A stretch of DNA of 61,953 nt, filler included, from Pirum gemmata (GCA_002812295.1; 17 parts of 17 records of this genome joined end to end with filler, not necessarily neighbours in it); one strand, 5' to 3'. Counted from the whole stretch's first letter, positions 13,054-25,002 are shown. Program-made: numbers and translations. The notes: generated by a model not told the origin, from the letters alone.

Positions 13054-13353
13054 GCTCCAGTGCTCCACTATTTCCACTATGACATTGTAAACACTGAACA
13101 GTAAATGACCTCGATTTTTTTTTTTTTTGCACACAGCAAATGGTTTGTTACTAACACTGGTTTGTGTAGTGTACCTATTTATTTGGCGGTTTACTAATCA
13201 TTCTGGAAGTGCTTTTTCCAATTTCGCAGTAGTTTAGGTATTTAAATAGGTTGTTTTTGTACTGTTTTAGTTTCCCTATAAATTGTAAGGCAATTATTAA
13301 AATGCAGGGTTTGAGTTTTAATTAAACATACGTGAGTTTACCCCTGAAAAGTA

Positions 13354-13472
13354 TCGTGCCTTTCATTTATTTTGTCACTCCGAATATTTATTTGGAGGGC
13401 TATACAATTTAAATTGACATTTTTAAATCAATACATAGAGAACTACTTTATGATGATAAAACTGAAAAGCAC
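13354..13472 (-). mobile_element. MITE family C, internally deleted copy
   Basis: TCGTGCCTTTCATTTATTTTGTCACTCCG...ACTGAAAAGCAC. Confidence 0.75.
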
Positions 13473-13502
13473 TGTCCTCGTAAAAACGTTACATATTTTT
13501 TT

Positions 13503-13543
<41 letters not shown>

Positions 13544-13937
13544 CTTTTTTTCTTTTAATTTCACGAATCACGGCCACCTTTTAATAGTCTATTATATGAT
13601 AAAAGTTCCAGAATTTTTGTCCAATATAGTATTCCTGATATGTATAGAAAGGCTGTATAAAAAGGTCTTGTTGCGCTAATTATTTACATCCAATAAAATT
13701 TAAATATTTAATAATGACTTTTAATTGAATTTTAAAAACAAAACAAATTTGAAAGTTTCGAATTTTGGATGAAATTGGGCTTCCTTGTCAGTAAAAACTG
13801 ATGTCTAAATTTTCCCAATTTTTTTTAGGCTATGAAANNNNNNNNNNNNNNNNNNNNNNNNNNNNNNNNNNNNNNNNNNNNTTAATTAATTAANNNNNNN
13901 NNNNNNNNNNNNNNNNNNNNNNNNNNNNNNNNNNNNN

Positions 13938-13973
13938 AGGGTTAGGGTTAGGGTTAGGGTTAGGGTTAGGGTT
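13938..13973 (+). repeat. (TTAGGG)n at contig start
   Basis: G-rich strand at a left contig end, the wrong polarity for a true chromosome end. Confidence 0.8.
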
Positions 13974-14591
13974 ATAATTAGAGATAGCTAGCTAGACTAG
14001 GATAAAACCGGTTTTGGTTTTGGGTTCCTAAATCCTAACTTCCATTGAACTCCTTGTAACTTCCTATTATAGGCTATGGATATAGTATAAGGTATAAGAG
14101 TACTGAGAGTATAATATTATTAATATTATCGTGATACCGGTAGTTATCTGGTAGTTATAAATTATCAGATATATTATATATAGGACTGTATTTTTTTTTT
14201 AAAAAAAAAAGGAGGCTAAAAGGAGGACTAATATAAAAGGGAATTTTGGGTCGGCCAATGATCAATGATCAATGATCAATAAATCCATTTTGATTTCAAC
14301 AAAAGTTACTATATTAAGACATTTACACTTCCGTTTTTGAACTCTAGCTAGCTAGAGTCTATGAGACTATGACTGTCTATGATTCTATGATTCTATCAAA
14401 ATATCATATCGATAAAACAAAGTCTAAAAACAACTACTAGCTAGCTAGCTAGCTTAGGCTGCTTAGTATCATGGAAGGCTTATCTAGCTAGGTCTATCGA
14501 TAAACAAAGTCTATCATACACAATAATAGTCCATGAAGGCTATGTATGTATGATACTACTCTGATACTACTATCTGATAGTATCGATAAAA

Positions 14592-14770
14592 GGAATCATC
14601 TAAAGGAATCATCAATAAAGGACGTCACCTAATCTTACCTATGCCTCTTTGCCCGAAACACTTTTGGTCATAATTAAAAGTTCATTAATTGCCTAAAACA
14701 GTCTACTAGCTAAAACAGTTTTTAAGCCACACTTTCGAGCAATGATTTCCATCAAAGAATAGACTAAGTG
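14592..14770 (+). mobile_element. Harbinger-like MITE family F copy 1
   Basis: GGAATCATC..AAAGGACGTCACCTAATCTTACCTATGCCTCTTTGCCC.AAACACTTTTGGTCATAA, as in copies 2-4. Confidence 0.75.
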
Positions 14771-15053
14771 TTGTTTTTGAACACTCCACAGTCGCTCGGA
14801 GCTACACCAGCCAGTGTCAGCTGGTCTACACCTGGTCTACACACTGTAGTAATACTCATACAATGATACACAGTCTAAACTCTACTGACTCTCCACTCCT
14901 CTCCACAATCATAATAGACTCATAATTGTAGTCTATTGGCCACAAATTTAGTCTATATCAAGGACTCACTTGACAAGGAGACTTGAGGTCTATGAAGGTT
15001 ATGATACCAGTATCTAGACTACTACTATCTGATACTAGCTAGCTAGCTAGTAA

Positions 15054-15230
15054 GGAATCATCCGAAGGACGTCACCTAATCTTACTTATGCCTCTTTATC
15101 CAAAACACTTTTGGTCATAATTTATTTTAAAGTTCATTTTAATAATTAATAATTAATTACTGCCTAAAACTGTTTAAGCCACACTTTCGAGCAATAACTT
15201 CTATATCAAGGAATAAGTGACGTCCTTTAT
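15054..15230 (+). mobile_element. Harbinger-like MITE family F copy 2
   Basis: Preceded by TAA; same internal sequence; right end GTGACGTCCTTTAT is truncated. Confidence 0.75.
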
Positions 15231-15435
15231 TTACACTTCCGTTTTTTTTAACACTCTACGCAGAGAGTCTACACAGTCTAAACAACGTTTATACACAAAT
15301 TGCAGCACAATCATGGTAGACTCATGAGCCATAATAATAGTCTATTGGCCACAAATTTAGTCTATAGTTTAGGTCGAGACTTTAGGTCTATAATATATGC
15401 CATTACTACTAGCTAGTAAGTAGTAAGACGGGTAA

Positions 15436-15626
15436 GGAATCATTCATAAAAGACGTCGCCTATTATCTTACCTATATCTCTTTATCCAAAACACTTTTGG
15501 TCATAATTTAAAGTTCATTTTAATTAATAATTAATTACTGCCTAAAACAGTTTAATTAATTAAAAGCCACATTTTCGAGTAATGACCTCTATCAAAGAAT
15601 AAGTGACGTCCTTTATGAATGTTCCC
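15436..15626 (+). mobile_element. Harbinger-like MITE family F copy 3 (full length)
   Basis: TIRs GGAATCATTCATAAAAGACGTCGC / GTGACGTCCTTTATGAATGTTCCC. Flanks are TAA and TAT. Confidence 0.8.
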
Positions 15627-16107
15627 TATAGCTAACTAGCTAGCTATGATCTATATGATAGATCATATATATATGATATCATCAATCATAGTTGTAATAT
15701 CATAATATTATATTGATAGTTAGACTAGTCTATTATTGATATGGATTGTCATAGGGTTATGGTTATAGTTATAATTACTAGGTTGTAGTTATGGTTATAT
15801 TAGCTGGTTTTATAAATTAGGGTTAGGATTAGTCTAGCTAGGGTTATAACGTTAGGGTTAAGGTTATAAATAAAGTTTTAATAAGGTTTTTAAATTAAGG
15901 TTTTAAATAGGATTATAATAGGGTAAGGCTATGTGGTGACTATGTTGTAGTACTGTTATTATAATAAGTAGTCTGATTATCTGATATTATAATATTGAAA
16001 TTACCAGGTATATTATTTTAAAATATTATAATATTGAATAGATTTAATAAATAAATATGAGATAAATATGATATGATGTAATATATCATTTATATTGTCA
16101 TACAATA

Positions 16108-16426
16108 TGTTTTTCAGTTGTTTTGTCATCATAAAACATACAATAAAAAGTACCAGATTAATACAATATAAATCATTTTAATTTAATTTGGTATGTTTTA
16201 TTATCTATATATTGATTTAAAAACGTCAATTTAAAGATTATAACCCTCCAAATAAATATTCATAGTGACAAAATAAATGAAAAGAACGATATCATAAAAT
16301 ATACAATAAATAGTACCAAATTAATACAATATAAGTCCATTTCATTTAATTTGGTATNACAATGTCAATTAAAATATTATAACCAACCAAATAAATATTC
16401 GGAGTGACAAAATAAATGAAAAGTAC
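16108..16426 (+). mobile_element. MITE family C, one full copy plus a tandem partial copy
   Basis: Two successive right ends TGACAAAATAAATGAAAAG at ~16285 and ~16423. Confidence 0.8.
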
Positions 16427-16929
16427 TAGCTAGACTATAATATTATTATTATCAATACAAAAGTATGATAGTCTAGGTCTAGACTAAATCTAGTTAGAGA
16501 CTAAACAAGCAAAGAAATGAAAGTTCAAACTACAAAATACTACTAGAACAAAATAGACTACTATTTTATTATTACATTACAAAAGTATGATAGGTCTAGG
16601 TCTAGACTAAATCTAGTTAGAGACTAAACAAGCAAAGAAATGAAAGTTCAAACACTGTTCAAACTACAAAATACTACTAGAACAAAATACTTTTACTTTT
16701 TTTTTCTTTTTTTATCATATGATATGATATCATATTAAATTAAAAAAAAAATAAAAAATAAAAAAAAATAATGTCATATAACACCCTCATTTCCTCATTA
16801 TCATAAAAAAAAAAAAAACAAATTTTTATAACGAAGAGATTTTACTGAGATTGTGCAGAATAACTATAATCAATTTTTTTTGAAGTCCTTTCGCTATAAT
16901 CAAAAATTTAATAATAATATAGACTCTAG

Positions 16930-17117
16930 TCTACTTTTCAGTTGTTTTGTCATCATAAAGTATACAATAAATAGTACCCAATTAATAAAATATAAACCCA
17001 TTAAATTTTATTTGGTAAATTTTATTATCTATTTATTGATTTAAAAATGAAAATTTAAAGATTATAACCCTCCAAATAAATATTCAGATTTTTAATTTCA
17101 GAGTCACAAAATCACGA
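16930..17117 (+). mobile_element. MITE family C copy
   Basis: CTTTTCAGTTGTTTTGTCATCATAAAG...CCAAATAAATATTCAGA...CACGATA. Confidence 0.75.
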
Positions 17118-17997
17118 TAATAATAATAATAATAATAATAATATCGTACCAGGTAGTTACTGGGGTGGGTTGTGCTTTTCATTTATTTTGTCACTCTGAA
17201 TATTTATTTGGTTGGTTATAATATTTTAATTGACATTGTTAAATAAATAAATAAATAATAAAATATANNNNNNNNNNNNNNNNNNNNNNNNNNNNNNNNN
17301 NNNNNNNNNNNTTAATTAATTAANNNNNNNNNNNNNNNNNNNNNNNNNNNNNNNNNNNNNNNNNNNNTAATATTTTTTTAAAAAAAAAAAAAATGGGTTT
17401 TGTTTTTTATTTTGCTAATTTTATTTTGCAATTCGAAATTTATTTTTTCGAATTTCATTCCTGATCAGGAGTGAAAAGGATATCCGACACAACTAAATTG
17501 TCGACAAAGAGACCAGTAAAGAGTGTTATAAAATTACTACTAGTAGGCACTATTAAATCTAAATTATAGTCAATATATATTTCTTTAATTTTATGTGTTT
17601 CCACTTTCTCTTTTTAAATTTCGGAAAGTTTTTTGATGACAATGTGGCAATAAAACATTATTATTATTATCATTCAAAACTATTATATATATATATTGGT
17701 AATTGTATAGTATTAAATAAATTCTAGCTTGATTTCAGGAAGTATTATAGAAATATACCACCTCGGTGTTGAGCACTAGTTAAATCAACAATTTGGATCA
17801 CTAGTTAAATCAACAATTTGGATTATCAATTAATCGCCAAGTTATCCAAAGGTTTAAATAATAATATGGAAATATCTGTCATATTAATATTGCATTGCCC
17901 AAGTTTTAGATAAGCTTTTGAAATTTTCTATTGGAACCAGCTTTGCGGATCAATTGTGTTACTACTAGTACTCCTTATATATATATATATATATATA

Positions 17998-18041
17998 GCA
18001 AAAATCGGGTTATTTTCGCCATTAAATAACCCGATTTTTGC
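17998..18041. mobile_element. 44-bp hairpin element embedded in (TA)n
   Basis: Perfect 18-bp arms GCAAAAATCGGGTTATTT / AAATAACCCGATTTTTGC with an 8-nt loop, and TA repeats on both sides. Confidence 0.6.
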
Positions 18042-18081
18042 TATATATATATATGAATGGGGTAATAACAACGATTGATTT

Positions 18082-19600
18082 CTATGCCTGTGTAACTCGA
18101 ATGTAATCAACATACATTTCCATTTCTTCTATATTATTATCTGGCTGAGAACCAAAAGAGGGACCTAATATCGAAAAGGAAATAAAAATATTAATATTAG
18201 ATATCTTAATAATTATGGTACTTTTAAACACTGATATAATATCAGCATATCGTTATTAATGCACAATCATAATAATAAACGAATACAAACGTAGAAAATG
18301 GGTAAGCAAAAAAAAACTTAAACAAAACAAAAAAAACATGATAATACCTAATATCGAAAAGGAAATAAAAAAATTAATATTAGATATCTTAATAATTATG
18401 GTACTTTTAAACACTGATATAATATCAGCATTTTGTTATTAATGCACAATCATAATAATAAACGAATACAAACGTAGAAAATGGGTAAGCAAAAAAAATC
18501 TTAGAAACAAAACAAAAAAAACATGATAATAATATACAGCGGTATTACCTATTGCTAAGTTAACCAAGAAATAAAATGGGTTATTGCTATCACCGTAGGG
18601 CCAGCTATTGTAATTGTGATTGACAGGTTTTTCGTAAGTTAAAAGCTGAACATCATCTTGATAAGCTGTTATGCGGTCTTCAGTCCATTCAATGGCAAAA
18701 CTGAAAGCAAGAAAGAAAAGAGAAAAGAATAAGAAAAACACTATGGTTCATTTTTTAAAGAATTGAAATGTTTTTTTTTTTTTTTTGAAGAGAAAATGTA
18801 AAAGGATTTGCCATGAGAGTGCTTTATATTTGCACTCACTTATTTTTTTTAAAGTGATTTTTAGACTAGACTATAATTCATGTATGATTCAGCTAGAGAT
18901 AATTAATTTAGGTTGGGATAAATACGTACGTATGCCAATCTGCCGGGTTAGGAACTAAACGGCCAAGTCCGTATGCATTGCCTGCATGATTATTTTGAAA
19001 ATGAAGAGTAGAGGGACAACTCAAACCATTTTGTTCAAAAGCAGTTTGGTATTCAAAAATGTCAATCTCACCACAAAGAGGCCAGTTCACGCCTTGGTGT
19101 ATTTTCTCACCAAGCATCCATATTGCTGGAAAGGCACCGTTAAGAGGATAAGTGGCAGGAAGCTTGACTCTAGTTTCCATTCTTCCATACAAAAAGTTCT
19201 TTGTGCCGTGCGTAGTGTACTTAGCTGAGTACCAATTACCATCTGCCTCTTTAACTGCTTTTAATATTAGAACACCATCTTCTATTCTGGCGTATTTTGG
19301 GTCTGCAGAGTATATTTGTTTTTCCCCATTACCCCATCCTCCGCCACCTATATCTGGCTTCCAGATAGATAAATCTAACTCATCAAATTCTTCATTCCAT
19401 ACAGTTGTAACGGTTTGGTTTAAACACAGATAACTATGAGTCTCGCCAAGAACTTGAGTTAAACCTTCACAACACTCTATCAACGAACCAGTAGCATATG
19501 GATCTTGATCTTGCTCTGTACAAACGCTTACAACTGCAGCACCAGAGGTTGTTATATAATATCCAGCTAGCATGGTGCTGGTTATTAAAAAGGAAAACAT
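18082..19600 (-). CDS. Secreted GH16 beta-1,3-glucanase (laminarinase-like), 301 aa, exons 18930-19600, 18549-18700, 18082-18164
   Basis: Motifs W.EEFD, GGGWGNGE.Q.Y, FLYGR.E.R.KLP, PAIWMLG, catalytic WP.CGEIDIFE, WHTFAIEWTED.I, NLAIG and MYVDYIRV. The spliced CDS is 906 nt with consistent intron phases. Confidence 0.93.
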
Positions 19601-20108
19601 TATTAATATTGTTTGACTTTTTTTTTTTTTTTTTTTTTTTTTGTATACTTTATATTTTAAAGTTAATATTAAATTTTGGCGAAAAAAGTGATAATAATAA
19701 TAATAATGGTTTACTTAAAACACCTTATCTTTTGGCTCTTATTTATTTTTGTATTTTATCTTTAGAATTATATTATATACATGTACAAATTTACTACTAA
19801 TTAATATTAAATTTTTGTTTTTATTTATTTTTAGTATTGTGAATTTATTTCCATTTTTTTTTTTTTTTTTTTTTTTTATTTTTTATGTATTTATTTATAC
19901 CAAAGTTTCTCGTATAATTATATAATATGACATAATTATTATAATATTATATATATGATATGATAAAATTATATTATAATGTATGATACAATAATAATAT
20001 TAATATCATATCATAATAATAATTATGTTAGCTACTAGCTAGCTAGCTACTAGTAGACTAGTAGTAGATATAGTCATCACATAGACTAATATATATTATA
20101 TATATATA

Positions 20109-20152
20109 GCAAAAAAGGAGTTATAAAAGGAGTTATATAACTCCTTTTTTGC
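20109..20152. mobile_element. Second 44-bp hairpin element in (TA)n
   Basis: 17-bp arms GCAAAAAAGGAGTTATA / TATAACTCCTTTTTTGC. Same length and same GCAAAAA ends as 17998-18041. Confidence 0.6.
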
Positions 20153-20657
20153 TATATATATAATATAGCAAAAAAATGGTTTAACTGTGGGAAACCCGGT
20201 CACATAAATTATAAATATATAGCAATAAATATATCCAGTATTATTTACATATATATAAAAATATAATAGTCTCTAGATAATAATAAATAGTCTATAGAAC
20301 TGTCTACAGTCATTTTTAATTAATTAGATGGTGGTATCAATATTCTTTTTTTTTTTTTTTATCATTATTTTCATAGACTAAAAAATGATATAATATCTAT
20401 TGGGGAGAGATTATTGATATCGATCGGATTTATATAAATAAATATTTATAAATATCGATATCATCTATTAGACACTCATTATTCATAGACCAGTGACTAC
20501 CAGTTGAACCACGAGAACTATCTTCAACTATATATATGGGGTAGTTTTCACGATTAAACGTCTAGTTCGGTTCATAATGATATAATGATATCTGATAAAA
20601 AATTAAAAAGTATGATATTATTAATATCGACATGTAGCATGAGGTTGTTACAACTTA

Positions 20658-20758
20658 GGGAGCGTTCAAATACTACGTAACACTAATTTCCGGCAAAATA
20701 CTACCCACCCACTCAAAAGTCACACAATCGTAACATCGAGAAAAAGGACCTACCCCTA
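20658..20758 (+). mobile_element. Harbinger-like MITE (family A type) truncated at contig end
   Basis: TTA|GGGAGCGTTCAAATACTACGTAAC. Confidence 0.75.
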
Positions 20759-20941
20759 NNNNNNNNNNNNNNNNNNNNNNNNNNNNNNNNNNNNNNNNNN
20801 NNTTAATTAATTAANNNNNNNNNNNNNNNNNNNNNNNNNNNNNNNNNNNNNNNNNNNNCCACGTCTGGACCTATATATATATATATATATATATATATTA
20901 ACCACCATTATGCCTCTCCCTATCTTTTAAAATATTAATAG

Positions 20942-21513
20942 GATGTATTTTCTAAAGAAAACATTAATGATATGGAAACTCTTCAACTCCTTGAAAAATC
21001 TGATTTTAGAGATATGGGTATGTTTTTATTTTAAAATAAGAATAATAAAAATTATGATACTAAATATAATTAATTTCTGACTTGTAATGCAATGATAACT
21101 GTAAGAATAAGCATATGTATAAGCATTGGTTTAATGAGAATGAGAACGTTAATGATGACGATAACAAAAAATCAGCAATAACAATAATTAATCAATAACA
21201 ATAGAAACAATAATAGTACGTAACAACAATAACAATAATAATGATAATGGTAATGATAATGATAATAACAATAACAAAACAATAGCAATAACAAAACAAT
21301 AACAATAACAATAACAATAACAATAACAATAACAATAACAATAACAATAGCAATAACAATAACAATAACAATAACAATAACAATAACAATAACACACAAA
21401 CATAACAAATAACAATATCAACTACAATAATGATGATAATAATAATGATGATGATAATAATAATAAGAATAATAATAATAATAATAATAATAATCATAAT
21501 AATCATAATAATG

Positions 21514-21552
<39 letters not shown>

Positions 21553-22172
21553 GTAATAGTAATTAACGCATAACACATAACAATATCAATGGCAATGACA
21601 ATAACACATAACAATAACAATAACACATAACAATAACACATAACAATAACACATAGCAATAACACATAACAATATCTATAACTATAACTATAACTATAAC
21701 TATAACAATAACTATAACAATAACTATAACAATAACTATAACAATAACAATAACAATGACAATAGCAGTAACAGTAACAATGACAATGGCAATGACAATG
21801 ACAATGGCAATGACAATGACAATGACAATGACAATGACAGTTACAATAATAATAATAACAATAACAATAACAATTATCTTAACCATAACCATAACCGTAA
21901 CCGTAACCATAACCGTAACCGTAACCATAACCGTAACCGTAACCATACCCGTAACCATAATCATACCCGTAACCATAATCATACCCATAACCATAACCAT
22001 AACCATAACCATAACCATAACCATTTTAAATATCAATAACAATGGCAATAACAATAACAATAATTACAATAACAACAATAACAATAACAAAAACAAAAAC
22101 AATATATATATATTGTCAATAGGTATAAAATTAGGAGATGTTGCTAAACTTCAGAAAATCCTGCATTCATAA
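20942..22172 (+). CDS. C-terminal SAM domain of a larger protein (exons 20942-21017, 22123-22172)
   Basis: DVFSKENINDMETLQLLEKSDFRDM-G-IKLGDVAKLQKILHS* fits the SAM consensus F.KE.ID...L..L...D+.+MGI.LG...KL. A phase-1 GT-AG intron of 1.1 kb is filled with microsatellites. Confidence 0.82.
21170..22100. repeat. Compound intronic microsatellites (AACAAT, AAT, AACTAT, GACAAT, AACCAT/AACCGT)
   Basis: Read directly; source of several spurious ORFs. Confidence 0.9.
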
Positions 22173-23530
22173 ATCCAATCAGAATAGCATATTAAAGTGA
22201 ACTTCTGTTAACAAAACTATCGTAGTAGATATTGTATACATACTCTGATCAAAGTAATACCTTTAACTTTTAATGTATGGTAATGATGCCAACAATTAAA
22301 CAGTTTTTCGCACAATTTATGGATGTTTTAATTTAATAATGTTGCAATTCTTGTAAGTTGTTCATTATTGGTTTGTATTCTATTTAATAGCTTTTATTGA
22401 TAAACAAGAGTACCATAGTTGATATTGTATACCAGCACGCAGTCCAAATCAGAACAATACATTATAATATTTTAATGTATAATTGATGATGAAGCCAGCA
22501 ATTAGACAATTTTTATTGATAGATAAATTGTTATGCATATGTATGTTCCACAACTATTATGAATAATTTTATTTAATAATAGTGTAATTTTTGTTAGTTA
22601 TATTGCATCGTTGGTTTGTATTCTATTTAATAGCTTTTATTGATAAACATGAGTATTATAGTTGATATTGTATACCAGCACATAGTCCAAATCAAAGTAA
22701 TACATTATAATATTTAAACGTATAATTGATGATGAAGCCAGCAATTAGACAATTTTTATTGATAAATTGTTATGCACATTGTGTTCCACAACTATTATGA
22801 ATATTTTTATTTGATAATATTGTAATTTTTGTTAGTTATTTGCATGATTGGTTTGTATTCTATTTAATAGTTTTATCGATAAACAAGAGTATCATAGTTG
22901 ATATTATATACCAGTACGTTATCTAATTAGAGAAATACTTTAAACTGGTTAATGTATAATTAAGGATGATGCCAGCAATTAGACAGCTTTTATTGATAAA
23001 CAAAATTGTCATAGTGAATATAGTATACTTGGTCCAATTGATACATTGCTTTGCACTCCATGTATGTCCCACAGCTATTATGAATATTTTTATTTAATGA
23101 TTTTGTAATTTTTGTTAGTTATTTGCTTTATTGGTTTGTATTCTATTAAATAGATTTTATTGGTAACAAGTGTATCATTGCGATTATTGTATACCAGTAA
23201 ATTATCCAATAAGAGTAACGTATTAAACTGTTTAATGTATAATTGATGCTGATCCCAATAAGTAGTCAACTTTTATTGATAAATTGTTATTCAATCCATG
23301 TATGTTCTACGACAGATATTTCATTTAATAATGTTGCAATTTTTGTTAGTTGCTTACCATTATCGATTTGTATTATTCTATTAGCTTTTATTTTTAATTT
23401 TTTTATTTTTTGATAAACAAGAGTGCCATAGTGGATATTGAATACATAGTCCAATCAGAGTAATACATTAAAATGTTTGAAATGTTTAATGTATGATGAT
23501 GGTTCCAAGATGATTAAAATTAGTAGACAA
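22173..23530. repeat. ~240-bp tandem satellite, ~5.5 diverged copies
   Basis: Anchor TTGGTTTGTATTCTATTTAATAG.TTTTATTGATAAACA at ~22368, 22611, 22848, 23132 and ~23367. Confidence 0.85.
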
Positions 23531-24487
23531 CTTTCTGTTTTTTTTTTTAAGTATCCCCCCCCCCCCCAAAAAAAAAAAAAAGGAGGGATTGATTAATCGA
23601 AAGCTTAGAAGTTTTTTAAACCTAAACTTTTTTTAATAGTTTTCTGAAATTGCCATTTTTCTATGAGCTCCGAGCCTTCAGCGAACACAAAAATGAGATT
23701 GAGCGCAGGTATGCTATAATTACTTTACAAAATTTTATAATATGAAAAATCCACAACTATAAAAAAGCTTCGGTTTTTCAGTGTTTGATTTTTTTAGTGT
23801 TTGATTTTTTTTTCTCGAGCTTTTCCAATCTTACATATAAATACATCGAGAGGATAAGTACATAAACTGCCTCAAAAAATAATTATTTATTAATAGAATA
23901 TCTTATTTAGTAATCAAGGAAAAAAGAGCGCTATGAGTCATTATAGTGTGTTATTATAACTGTTATTTTACAGATATAAATTCGCAGGAATTTTAAAGTT
24001 TTCTGTATTTTTAATTACAAACCCTCTCTTTTTTCTTTTTTATAAATAAACCAACTTTTATGAACTCATTTTTTATAGTAAAGTGATAACTTCAATAATC
24101 ACACTCTCACTTTGTTTTTGGTTCACAGAGTAATAGTAAACAATGATAATAATATATTACTTTTATTTTATTTCTGAACCGTGTATTATCATTATTATTA
24201 TTATCTAATATATAAAAGTTATTAATTATTATTATTACTATTATAATTATTNNNNNNNNNNNNNNNNNNNNNNNNNNNNNNNNNNNNNNNNNNNNTTAAT
24301 TAATTAANNNNNNNNNNNNNNNNNNNNNNNNNNNNNNNNNNNNNNNNNNNNTAATAAGTAATAAGTAATAAGTAATAAGTAATATTATAGACGTTAAATT
24401 AATATGAGTATTTACATTCTTATTAAATAGTCTTTTATAGTCTTATTAAATCTATAGCTATATATTAATATTAGAAATCTTACTAGC

Positions 24488-24626
24488 TTAGGGTTAGGGT
24501 GAGGGGTTAGGGGTTAGGATTAGGATTAGGGTTAGGGTTAGGTTTAGGGTTAGGTTTAGGTTTAGGGTTAGGGTTAGGGTTAGGGTTAGGGTTAGGGTTA
24601 GGGTTAGGGGGTTAGGGTTAGGTTAG
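24488..24626 (+). repeat. Interstitial (TTAGGG)n array
   Basis: Read directly. Confidence 0.85.
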
Positions 24627-24783
24627 GAGTTCATTTATAAATAAAATAAATAAATAAATAGACTAATATTAATAAATGATTATTGATTTATGTATAATAA
24701 ATAAATTCTAATAAATAAATCGGCCATTTTTTAGGCATGATGCACGGTCCGTGCATCATGCCTGACAGGCAGCGACAGCAGTA

Positions 24784-25002
24784 GGGGTGAGATGACGTCA
24801 TTTTAATATTACCGAACAGCTGCCAGAACTTTTTCGATTTATGGGTTTATTGCTATTAATGTTAATATTATTACTTTAATTGGTTTCTACTAAATTAGAT
24901 TTACTATTTTGAGCTATTTCACTACTATTATTAGTAAGGAACACGAACTAAGGTTGGCTCGATAAGCATATGTTCGAAAAAAGTTCCAGTAGGTATCACC
25001 CC
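24784..25002 (+). mobile_element. MITE family B (~225 bp, TA-flanked, TIR GGGGTGAGAT)
   Basis: TA|GGGGTGAGATGACGTCATTTT...TCACCCC|TA. Five copies in the window. Confidence 0.85.

Noticed and set aside
21172..22060. ORFs of poly-VI/CY/MT
   Set aside because: Intronic hexamer microsatellites of the SAM gene.
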